Shown here one piece after another: positions 17,162 through 25,700 of a DNA stretch of 32,000 nucleotides (its first letter is position 1; each line of letters opens with the position of its first letter). Below the pieces are notes generated by a model. The model searched no databases and had not been told where the DNA came from. It saw only the letters and a program-made list of their open reading frames with translations. The translations under genes were made by a program, and so were the position numbers. This DNA is from Ignicoccus pacificus DSM 13166. Its GTDB lineage: Archaea; Thermoproteota; Thermoprotei_A; Sulfolobales; Ignicoccaceae. The stretch covers positions 390,001-422,000 of the forward strand of contig CP006868.1 in assembly GCA_025340205.1 (NCBI GenBank), read 5' to 3'.

Positions 17162-17614
17162 TCACTTCAGCTCCTTCTTCATTAGATAAGCGTCTTCTCC
17201 CCATGGATAGTAATTCTTCAAGACCTTGATTTTCTCAAAGCCCTCGCTCTCGTAGAGCCTTATCGCTGGATAGTTTATCGTCGATACTTCTAGCACTATC
17301 GCCTTTAGACCTTTCTTCCTTGCCAGCTTTTCGAGAACCCTAAGCATCAGCCTCCCTATTCCCTGACCCCTGTAGCTAGGGTCTACAGCGAAGTTGAGGA
17401 GGTGCAAAGCCCTTCCCTCCGGAAGGACCTTTATCGCCGCTATAGCGTATCCGACCACCTTGTTTCCGACAACTGCAACCAAGCTGGTGTCTGAGTGCAA
17501 TATCACTTGAGAGAGTATCACCGACTGCGGGAAGGGGTGCTCAAAGGAAAGCCTTTCTATTTCGTAGAGCCTTCCGACGTCGAATATCGAAGGGTGCCTA
17601 AAGCGCACCTTCAA
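17162..17614 (-). CDS. rimI: GNAT N-acetyltransferase, RimI/Ard1-type (N-alpha-acetyltransferase)
   Basis: Acetyl-CoA motif A is FAVDPSYRGQGIGRLMLRVLEKLARKKG. LEVSTINYPAIRLYESEGF is typical RimI. Confidence 0.85.
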   Translation of the reverse strand: MKVRFRHPSIFDVGRLYEIERLSFEHPFPQSVILSQVILHSDTSLVAVVGNKVVGYAIAAIKVLPEGRALHLLNFAVDPSYRGQGIGRLMLRVLEKLARKKGLKAIVLEVSTINYPAIRLYESEGFEKIKVLKNYYPWGEDAYLMKKELK

Positions 17615-17776
17615 CTCTCTACCCGATCTAGCGGGTCGAGGGGGCGTTTGAGCTGAGCGTTTCTTCTATGCACATTCCCTTAATTGTTTTATTCCTAACT
17701 CTTCTTTGAATCATAGAGAGATCGGCTCGAAGATAAAGCATTAAGACTGACTTAACGGAAGAAGAAGTAGGGCCCC

Positions 17777-18697
17777 ATGTTGTTGGATAAAGAGATGAAG
17801 AGAGAGGTAATTGAAGAGATTAGAAGGCTTGTGACGCCGATACCAGAGAGGAGGTCCCTAGAGCTTCTGTCTACCTTCATCGCCAGCACCATCCACACCT
17901 TCGAGGACATAGTGAGCGAGGACGTGATGCCCGGAGTGGTCAACTCCGTGGCGAGACTGATGGCAAGAGAGTACTGGCAGATGCTCGGGGAGCCGAAGAC
18001 TGTGGAAGAGCTCCTCGAGAGGGTAGCTCAAGGCTTTCCGGCATATTTCGAGAGGTACGACGACACTCATTTCATAGTTAGGGAATGTCCTATAAGGGAT
18101 ATAGCGGAGAGGGAGAACATAAGGTACGGAGGCCCCCTTTGCCTCTTCGCGAGGGGATTCCTCTGGTACTTCGTGAACAAGGTTGCGGGATTCAGGGCAA
18201 GGGTGGACATAGTTAAGCCCGGTTACTACGCTTGCCTCTGCTCCCTCAAGAACGCCAAGCTGGAGAGGGAGCTCAACCTCGAAGAGCCCACCGAGGAGGA
18301 GTTCATAGAAAAGTCTTACAACTTCCTAAAGCTCACCTTAAATGGTATGATAAGGTCTCTAGTAAACGTCATAGGAGATATCACCAAGAGCTACTTGTAC
18401 TACGCTGGGAGCAGCGTAGGGGCCGCCCACAGCTCCGTCCTCCCCAACTTCGACAAGGTGGAAGACGCTATAGAGGCGGTAAACGCCTTCATGGTAGTTT
18501 GGGAGGGGAAGGTGAAAGAGGAAGACGGGAAGTACGTTCTCGAGGAGACCAAGTACGAGTTCGGCTACCCCAAGGATCCCTACTTCTGTACCTTGTTCTA
18601 CTCTTACATATCGGGTCTCTTATCAGGTATTTTGAATAGGCACGTGAGGCTCCAGCCTTTAGACTGTAGCGAGAGGAAGGTGATAGAAATTGAGTGA
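17777..18697 (+). CDS. tandem V4R-like (4-vinyl reductase type) domain protein
   Basis: Two halves each carry the V4R-like pattern 'C...(G)G.lC.....G.l.g.......v....C': ECPIRD..GGPLCLFARGFLWYFVNKV..YYACLCSL, and FCTLFYSYISGLLSGIL..LDCSE. Assignment from pattern memory. Confidence 0.5.
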   Translation: MLLDKEMKREVIEEIRRLVTPIPERRSLELLSTFIASTIHTFEDIVSEDVMPGVVNSVARLMAREYWQMLGEPKTVEELLERVAQGFPAYFERYDDTHFIVRECPIRDIAERENIRYGGPLCLFARGFLWYFVNKVAGFRARVDIVKPGYYACLCSLKNAKLERELNLEEPTEEEFIEKSYNFLKLTLNGMIRSLVNVIGDITKSYLYYAGSSVGAAHSSVLPNFDKVEDAIEAVNAFMVVWEGKVKEEDGKYVLEETKYEFGYPKDPYFCTLFYSYISGLLSGILNRHVRLQPLDCSERKVIEIE

Positions 18698-19661
18698 GAA
18701 GAAGACCTTGGCGGTCCTTCCCCTAGGAGGATGCGGCGGATGTGAGTACGTGATCTACCAAGCCATAGCAGAAAGGCCAGAGATATTGGACATGTACGAA
18801 ATAGTGTACTGGCCCATGGTGGTGGAGAACACAGAGCTTCCTGAGAAGGTAGACGTAGCCATATACGAGGGAGTGGTGAACAATTATGGTCACTTGAAGA
18901 AGGCTTTGGAAATGAGGAAGAGAGCTAAGATAGTGATTTCTCTAGGAATGTGCGCCAGCTTCTCCGGGGTTCCGGGACTCTCCGCCTACTTTAACATAAG
19001 GGAAATATTGAAGGATCTGTACAACATGAGCGAGAAGGAGATGGGTAAGGACTACGACTTCCTAAAGCCCTTGCCAGCTCCTAGGAGCGTTCCGGAGGTG
19101 GTCCCGGTCGACTACATCATAAGCCATTGTCCCCCCATTCCCGAACACGTCTACGTTACCCTAAAGGACATCTATGAGGGAAGGGAGCCTAAGATAGCTA
19201 CTAAGACGGTGTGCGCCGAGTGCCCGCTCAAGATGAAGCCTATGGACGTGAAGAAGTGGAGTACCAAGACTACCAAGGAAATAGATCACGAAACTTGTTA
19301 CCTAAGCCAAGGCCTGTTGTGCCTAGGCCCGGTTACAGCTTCCGGCTGCGGAGCCAGGTGTCCTAGGGCCGGAATACCTTGCTACGGCTGCGCCGGACCT
19401 ACCAGAGACATCCTCATGTACGACAGAGAGGACATACCCACCAAGTTAGCGAAGGAGATCGCAGCCATGAAAGGCATGGACCCGGAGAGGGACTACAAGA
19501 AAGTGCTGAACGAACTCCTAAAGGTATACGAACCGAGGAGGTTCTACATGTTCACGCTTCAGAGCATATTCATGAAGAGCAAGCCGTTCAGCCTAGCGAT
19601 GCAGACGGTGCTCAAGGGAAGAGGGTTCAGGATGGAGATGAAGAAGCGCGCTCACCACTAA
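18690..19661 (+). CDS. [NiFe]-hydrogenase small-subunit-like Fe-S protein (FrhG/MvhG/HydD, COG1941 class)
   Basis: Proximal-cluster-type motifs: LPLGGCGGCEYV, LGMCASFSGVPG, VDYIISHCPPIPEHV. The C-terminal Cys cluster is VCAECP ... CYLSQGLLCLGPVTASGCGARCPRAGIPCYGCAGP. SD-like GGAAGGTGAT lies 6 nt upstream. There is an 8-nt overlap with the V4R gene. Confidence 0.8.
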   Translation: MSEKKTLAVLPLGGCGGCEYVIYQAIAERPEILDMYEIVYWPMVVENTELPEKVDVAIYEGVVNNYGHLKKALEMRKRAKIVISLGMCASFSGVPGLSAYFNIREILKDLYNMSEKEMGKDYDFLKPLPAPRSVPEVVPVDYIISHCPPIPEHVYVTLKDIYEGREPKIATKTVCAECPLKMKPMDVKKWSTKTTKEIDHETCYLSQGLLCLGPVTASGCGARCPRAGIPCYGCAGPTRDILMYDREDIPTKLAKEIAAMKGMDPERDYKKVLNELLKVYEPRRFYMFTLQSIFMKSKPFSLAMQTVLKGRGFRMEMKKRAHH

Positions 19662-19664
19662 AAA

Positions 19665-19683
19665 CTCCTTTTTATTTAAGGAG
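19665..19683. terminator. hairpin between convergent genes (CTCCTT-TTTATTT-AAGGAG)
   Basis: Perfect 6-bp stem with a T-rich loop and flanks, located between the stop codons of the FrhG-like gene and sui1. Confidence 0.4.
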
Positions 19684-19697
19684 AAAGCGGAGGTCCC

Positions 19698-20012
19698 TCA
19701 TCCTACTATCACTATGTTTTCAGGAGGATAGCCCATCTCCTCGAGGATCTCCTTCACTCTATCTCTATGATCCCCTTGGAGCTCTATCCTCCCGTTCTTC
19801 ACCGTTCCTCCAGTCGCCAGCTTGCTCTTGAGCTGCTTGGCCAGCTTCTTCAAGTGCTGGTCATCCATTCTCAGCCCTTCTATTATCGTTACTTCTCTTC
19901 CCCACTTCCTTTTCTCTAACTTGATCTTTATCAGCTCCTCTTGCTCCATCATGAGCTGTTCGCATATCTCCGGGGGCAAACCTCCGCAGACGGATGGGTC
20001 TAGCATAGTCAT
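19698..20012 (-). CDS. sui1: translation initiation factor aSUI1 (eIF1 homologue)
   Basis: The segments [14 protein letters not shown]...[42 protein letters not shown] are the conserved SUI1 core. Confidence 0.9.
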   Translation of the reverse strand: MTMLDPSVCGGLPPEICEQLMMEQEELIKIKLEKRKWGREVTIIEGLRMDDQHLKKLAKQLKSKLATGGTVKNGRIELQGDHRDRVKEILEEMGYPPENIVIVG

Positions 20013-20046
20013 CTTCAGCCCTTCGTGTTCTAGCCCTCTACTTTGC

Positions 20047-20054
20047 TTTATAAA
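20047..20054. promoter_or_regulatory. palindromic TATA box TTTATAAA between divergent sui1 and rpoP
   Basis: It sits 35 nt from the sui1 start (20012) and 30 nt from the rpoP TTG (20084). This fits short or leaderless transcripts in both directions. Confidence 0.4.
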
Positions 20055-20083
20055 CGCTACTTCCCGTGCGATACGGGAGAGCC

Positions 20084-20236
20084 TTGAGCGCGGTCTACAA
20101 GTGTGCCAGGTGTGGGAGAACGGTAACCCCAGAGGAGCTGGAGAAGATGAGGATAGGGATAAAGTGCCCCTACTGCTACTATAAGATACTCTACAAGGTA
20201 AGGACTAAGGGAACCGTTTACGTGAAGGCGATATGA
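20084..20236 (+). CDS. rpoP: DNA-directed RNA polymerase subunit P (Rpo12/RpoP)
   Basis: Hand translation gives [50 protein letters not shown], 50 aa. It has a CxxC...CxxC zinc ribbon and resembles Sulfolobus RpoP as I recall it (AVYRC..C......RCPYCGYKI....R....VKAI). It is below the ORF-track size cutoff. Confidence 0.85.
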   Translation: MSAVYKCARCGRTVTPEELEKMRIGIKCPYCYYKILYKVRTKGTVYVKAI

Positions 20237-20302
20237 GGGGATGAGAAAGCCTTCGAACTCTGAGAGATGATGACTGTAGCCCGCACGACCCGAGGTGCTA
20301 TC

Positions 20303-21040
20303 ATGAAGGTCCTCTTTCTTGGAACCGGTCCCGCCTCTGGCTGGCCCTCCTACGGCTATCCTAAGGAGAAGAGGAGGAGGCCCAGCACCTATGCGATTCA
20401 ATGCGGGGAGACCTTCCTGTTCCTCGACACGGGCTCGGTAGAGGCGGTGATGGATGGAATAAAGATGATGGCGGAAAGTGGAATAGAGAGGGTCTCGGGA
20501 GTGCTCCTCTCCCACGCTCACAACGACCACTGGGCGGGTCTCAACAACTTGAGGTGGGGTCCTCGGACCAAGGTGTTCTTGACGGAGGATACCCTCTACC
20601 ATCCCTACTTCAAGGAGATAGCGGATAAGCCCTTCTCCCTTGACCTAACTCCCATCGAGTTCTTCGAGGAGTTCGAGGTGGGAAAGGTAAAAGTCACTCC
20701 TTTCCCCTTGAACCACATTCCCGGGACCTCCGGATTTCTAGTAGAGTGTAATGGAAGGAGAATAGCGTATGCGCTAGACACCAAGGGGCTTCCAAAGGAG
20801 AGCATGGAGTTCTTGAAGGGAAAGGTCGACTTGCTGATAATAGATTCCGCCTTACCGATAGGGGAGACGGGCCTTCACAACACCTACGAGGAGGCCTTGC
20901 TCATAGGGAAGGAGATAGAGGCCAAGGTAGCAGCGGTTCACTTGCTTCCGATGGTGAGGGAGGAGGAGGTGCTGAGGAAGGCTAAGGAGATAGGGGTTGA
21001 GGCAGCGGTACCGGACGATCTATCTATCTATGAGATTTAG
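20303..21040 (+). CDS. metallo-beta-lactamase fold hydrolase (PhnP-like class)
   Basis: Starts MKVLFLGTG. The HxHxDH motif is LLSHAHNDHWAG. The track ORF starts at 20267; the ATG at 20303 gives the canonical N-terminus. Confidence 0.8.
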   Translation: MKVLFLGTGPASGWPSYGYPKEKRRRPSTYAIQCGETFLFLDTGSVEAVMDGIKMMAESGIERVSGVLLSHAHNDHWAGLNNLRWGPRTKVFLTEDTLYHPYFKEIADKPFSLDLTPIEFFEEFEVGKVKVTPFPLNHIPGTSGFLVECNGRRIAYALDTKGLPKESMEFLKGKVDLLIIDSALPIGETGLHNTYEEALLIGKEIEAKVAAVHLLPMVREEEVLRKAKEIGVEAAVPDDLSIYEI

Positions 21041-21628
21041 ACAAACAGTTTCGACAAGATCTTCCATTAAGCCTCAATCTTGAATTTGATAATACTTGTG
21101 TTCGGAACGTCGAGTCTTATCTGGATTTTTAAAAGATTCGTCGGATTATGTACATTCTCTTGATTAATTAATTCTAGTAGTGAAGCACTCTTAATGGGGT
21201 TAACTCTATCATCTGACCTCTCATCTGAGGCTTTTGATGCTGATGTATGCCATGAACGTTGAACCGAGATCGGTGTTGCGTCCCTGATTATACTTTCAAA
21301 ATCCCTACTTAGGAATTGTAACTACTACCGCCGAGGTCAGAAAGGGCTTCATAATCGTATCTAGGCAACCAATAATAATCCCTCTAAAAGGGGAATCACC
21401 GAAATTCCATAGCAAATAAAGCACGTTTGCTAGGGATCCAGTAGCGGTCTTTCTGACATTACTCAGAAAGGTAGAGGAACCAACCAAAATTATCGTTATC
21501 GAACCTTCTTAACAACATTTAAGATCGGGAGGATAGACCGGACAGGAGTCATTGCAGGCCTCATTCATTAGGAGAAGGCCGATCCTGAAACTTCTATATG
21601 TCTTTTCTGGTAAAAGTATTGTCTATTC

Positions 21629-22102
21629 TTATTTTATCACACAGTTTACACAGGCTACTTTAGCTCCAAGCAACTCTACTTTAACGTTTGTGTAGATAGT
21701 TGGGAGGAATACGTAGATCACATGCCTTCCCTGAGGTAGGTACCTTTCAGCGCTAACGACCCTCACGACCTCATCTCGCTCGATATCTACTATCTTGTAC
21801 CCCTTTACGTTTCCTGGCGAAAGTACATCAACAACCATTACTATTACATAAGGATCAGTAGTGTTTCCAAATACTATGGCCTTTGGATCGTCTATTATCT
21901 TAGCCGCGTACATGTTAGCAGTCATGTTTAGGTAATAACTCCCGGGGTTTACGTCTAGCAAGCGGGCTTCGTAGATCGTTAATATCGGCTCTTGCGTTGT
22001 TATTTTCCTCGGTGTTAGCAACGCGCTGCCTAGAATCGCCGCTAGCGTTACAGTTAGCATCAGAAGAACACCTATTTCTATGGTAGTTAGACCCCTACGC
22101 AT
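21629..22102 (-). CDS. type IV pilin-like protein with class III signal peptide
   Basis: N-terminus MRRG|LTTIEIGVLLMLTVTLAAILGSALL: basic residues, Gly, about 22 hydrophobic residues, and Glu at +5 as in bacterial type IV pilins. A beta-rich domain follows. The start overlaps the upstream pilin-like gene by 16 nt. Confidence 0.65.
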   Translation of the reverse strand: MRRGLTTIEIGVLLMLTVTLAAILGSALLTPRKITTQEPILTIYEARLLDVNPGSYYLNMTANMYAAKIIDDPKAIVFGNTTDPYVIVMVVDVLSPGNVKGYKIVDIERDEVVRVVSAERYLPQGRHVIYVFLPTIYTNVKVELLGAKVACVNCVIK

Positions 22103-22659
22103 GATACCACCGTCCATTGAGTGGATGTTAAGTTGACGAAACAGAGGGCGAGCTTCTCCAAGCCACTAGGCATTACTATGTGAAGGTATGCATAGGGGTA
22201 GAATGTGAACGAAGTGCAAGGAACCTTTGGATCGAGCGAGGAAGATGACAGCGGGTGAAACTGGTATAATGCAATGCCATTTACGATCACCCTAGTAAAG
22301 TTGCCGTAGATGAAATATGAAAGAGGTTTACCGTCGCAGCTGAGTTGGACAACTAGATAAGCCCGATAAGAGGGAGCAGTAAGCTCTGCGTCACAGTAGG
22401 TCACGTTAGAGTAAGCGGGATCTTTTGATAAGTCAGTTACTGAGGGGACCGTAGGATCTATAGAAACAATATAGTTACCAGTACAATCTATTCTGAGAGT
22501 AGAAAGTTCGGCTTGTTGCGTAAGTCCTTTTAGCTGAGCGGTGCTCCTTCCGACGCCTTGTTGCCACTGGGTCAAGAGCCACCCTAACGCTCCTAAGACT
22601 ATCATGGCAAGCAACAAGCTTCCCAAGATCTCCGAGACGCCACGCTTGATCGTTAACAC
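22087..22659 (-). CDS. type IV pilin-like protein with class III signal peptide
   Basis: N-terminus MLTIKRG|VSEILGSLLLAMIVLGALGWLL matches the archaeal prepilin pattern (K/R)G(V/L)(S/T). The ectodomain is beta-rich, contains Cys and has N-x-S/T sequons. Confidence 0.7.
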   Translation of the reverse strand: MLTIKRGVSEILGSLLLAMIVLGALGWLLTQWQQGVGRSTAQLKGLTQQAELSTLRIDCTGNYIVSIDPTVPSVTDLSKDPAYSNVTYCDAELTAPSYRAYLVVQLSCDGKPLSYFIYGNFTRVIVNGIALYQFHPLSSSSLDPKVPCTSFTFYPYAYLHIVMPSGLEKLALCFVNLTSTQWTVVSCVGV

Positions 22660-22775
22660 CCGCTGTTTCTATCACTCTCTGTCAACTCTTTAGAGTTCTG
22701 GGTGCCGTTGCCAGCCGGAAATCCAGCCGAGTACTTTAGTCAAACGAGAGCGGCGTACAAAACTAGGAAGGTAAT

Positions 22776-25700
22776 ATGAGAGTGATTAGGAAAGGTGGAA
22801 TAGGAAACATAATAGCGTTGACTGTCATGATAATATTACTCGCCGCCACACTAGTACTCCTACTGAACACCATTTCAAGTACCCTCACGATAACTCAAAG
22901 CGGCTCTAAGTCGATCCAAAAAGCCAAGGTGAGCTATGAGATCACAAAGAAACTAAACATGTGTTACTTCACCGGATATCTAGGATCTGTTCCAGTAATA
23001 GCAATAAAGACCAACGATCCCGCCACCCTTTGTACGTACCTCCAAGCTCTTCAGCTTGTTGAATATGGAGCCAGTAACTCTACCATGAGCTTCCTAATTC
23101 CGGGTAGCGATATAAGGAACGAGTTAAATAAGGTACTCTACAGCGTGTGCAAAGAAGGCCTCACGAACAGCGTTACCGTAGACACGGATACGGGAACTAA
23201 GATGGAGGCGCAAGTAGTGCTTACCAGAGATCCGACCACTTTAGGTGTTGAGAAGCTACAAGCTCTGGTCAAGGGAGTGGGTTGGGTGCCGATAGGCAGT
23301 TGTAACACCCAAGTGGGCTCAGCGGTGAACATACAGTCGACCACCATACTCTATAGCATAGGACCTGTGACGATCATAGCTGCTCAAGGAACTAATCCCT
23401 TGGTCTATATGTGCCCCTCTCCCAGACAGGTCTTCGGGGATAGCAACGCCTACGTGATAGCGATGATGCTTACTCCAAACATGACTACAGCAGTTAACTC
23501 CTATAGAAACCACATCCCTACTAGCGTTGTTATCGATTTAAAAGACCTCATCAAGAAGGTGGCAACCTCTGGCTCACCTCTGCTGTTACCTTCTGGAGAT
23601 GTCAATCCCAATGACTATCTCAGAGGAATCAGAGTGATCCAGATGAGGTACGGCGGAGGTGTGCTTCCCGGAGCCTTCGGAACCGGCAGTAACTTGCCTT
23701 GGAGTTACACCTTCCTTAACCTATCCGCTGCTCAACCTCTCTATAAGAGCAGCGGAGTGCTGACGTTCGACTTCTACGTGAACAGCACCCAAGGAATTCT
23801 CTCTACTGAGGCAGCAGGCTATGGAGCTCTGGTCTGTCTCTATGTAGGAATTGCCGGTAGCGTTCCAGCCTCATCCACCGGCGAACCCTTTGATGGTAAG
23901 CTTATCTCACCTTCTAACGACGTCACGCCTCCCGGAGCCAAATATCCATGTTATAGCTTCTATGGCTACGATGTTTGCTATGAAGCCTTTGCCAATGCTA
24001 CCTCTGCCTTCGCCACCAACCTCACCAGCGCCGCTGGATTGAAATTCGAGGGACTGCAGGAACCCGTTGACAGCACAGTCAGGGTAAACAGCTTGGTCAT
24101 AAACAACCCTACCGATCAAGCGATCCTCGGAGGTTGTGGCTACGCTATTAGAATCGACTTAAACAAAACGGCTCCCGACGCTGTGGGGAAGCCCATAACA
24201 ATCAGAGGACCTCAAGGAGAGAACATTCCATTCTGTTATGAAACCATATATGGAAACTGTACCACTGACCCCACCAAGGGAGATGGGGCGGTATGGATCA
24301 AGATTCCTGCTGGAATGATCATTCCACCCAAGGGAAGCGTGAGCTTGACCATAAAGACCGGAAAGAACGGAGCGGTAAACCCGAAGGACGTATTCCCGTC
24401 CTACGTAGACTTCAGCTGGTACGACAAGAGTAAGGTAATAGGAGCACATTTCGTGCCGTATTTCCCCAACTCTTGGAGCGTGATAACGAACGGCGGAGCG
24501 CAGCTGGGGCAGCTGGTAGCGATACAGTTCAACACTACGAACGATATCCTCTTAGGAAAGAACTTCACCTTAGTTGCAGACGTCAGATGGGACGGAGCAC
24601 CGAATTACTACTATCCGGACAAGTTACTACCCTTCTTCGATCCACTGAGCTTCAGAGGGTGGGTCGCTGAATACTTGGACACCATATATCCCGGAACAGC
24701 GGACGAAGGCGCGGTGGGTTACTGGCTCTATCCCATAATATATGAAATCGATCCAACGGCCACGGGCGACGTAGGTTGGATGCTGGCCATCTACAACGGC
24801 TATCCGACAGCTTTCATCATAAAGTATGACCCAACTCTAGGAGTAGAGCTGGTACCGGAGGCAGTCGCCCCCAATCCCATAGCCCCTGGCGTGAGGTACT
24901 TCATAGTGCTGAGCAACGATACAAGTGGCATGAACATCAGCGTGATACCGGCCGAGGAGTTCAGCGCCTCAACGGTGAAGCCGCTGGCCGACGTTCCGGC
25001 ACCGACTAATCAAGACGTGGTGTTGGTAGCTGACACTAACAGCCTACTAAATCTTCTCTACAACCAGAACTCGAACGCCATAGTTCTATCCGATGCTGGT
25101 ATATACAGAGTGTACAATACAGTCGACGGCGACGTAACTCAGCTAGCTCAGATGGACGTCTATCAGATAGTAGGCGGTAGGAGGAGTCAAGTCGGTACGT
25201 TTTACCACTACACAAAGTTATATACAATATCATCGTTCAGTGGAAGGATCTACAATGTAACGGCCTTTAACGTGACGATAACAAATCCCGCGAAAGCGAT
25301 CAATTGTTACCTCACTCCCAGCACGTGCTCCAACGTCTCAGAGGTGCTTTCTCTAAGACCCTTCGGTTCAAAGGTTATACCAAACATAACTGCTGATAGT
25401 AGTAACGGAACCGTCGTCGCCTTGCCTATAAATGTAACCATAATAGGAAGCTATCCCATGACGCCGACCAGTACTACCACACTACCGCTCTACGGCTGGG
25501 CAACTGGTCAAGCGTACTACACTTCGTCAGTAGGAGAACTAATAGGTCAAGTCGTAACCATGACGGCAGGAAAGATAAACATCCAAACTCTAACAATAAC
25601 TTCCTACGTTGGAAACGTACCCGTCACTACCTACACTACACAAGTAACTTCCCTAGAGCCCTACTCCACCACCTCAGCATACGCGTACATCAATAGTGTG

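Noticed and set aside
18232-19831. Arg-rich alternative-frame ORFs 18232..18639 and 19379..19831 (+)
   Set aside because: They lie inside, or run out of, the V4R and FrhG-like genes in another frame. The R/G/E/Q-rich low-complexity composition is typical of off-frame translation of GA-rich coding DNA.
20237-20302. C/D sRNA-like motifs between rpoP and the MBL gene (GGGATGA ... CTGA GAG ATGATGA)
   Set aside because: The D'-linker-C' core is good, but the first guide would be 15 nt. No CUGA D box follows the second 12-nt guide (CGAC, then CCGA 16 nt away), and there is no terminal stem. The architecture is incomplete.
19822-20602. ORFs 19822..20184 (+) and 20057..20602 (-) covering the sui1/rpoP/MBL region
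   Set aside because: Both are out-of-frame or antisense shadows of recognisable genes (sui1, rpoP, MBL hydrolase). They have low-complexity composition rich in Pro, Arg and Gly.
21234-21290. TGATGC/TGATGT ... CTGA motifs suggesting a C/D sRNA
   Set aside because: The C box deviates at two positions, internal D'/C' boxes are not identifiable, and spacing does not fit 12-nt guides.
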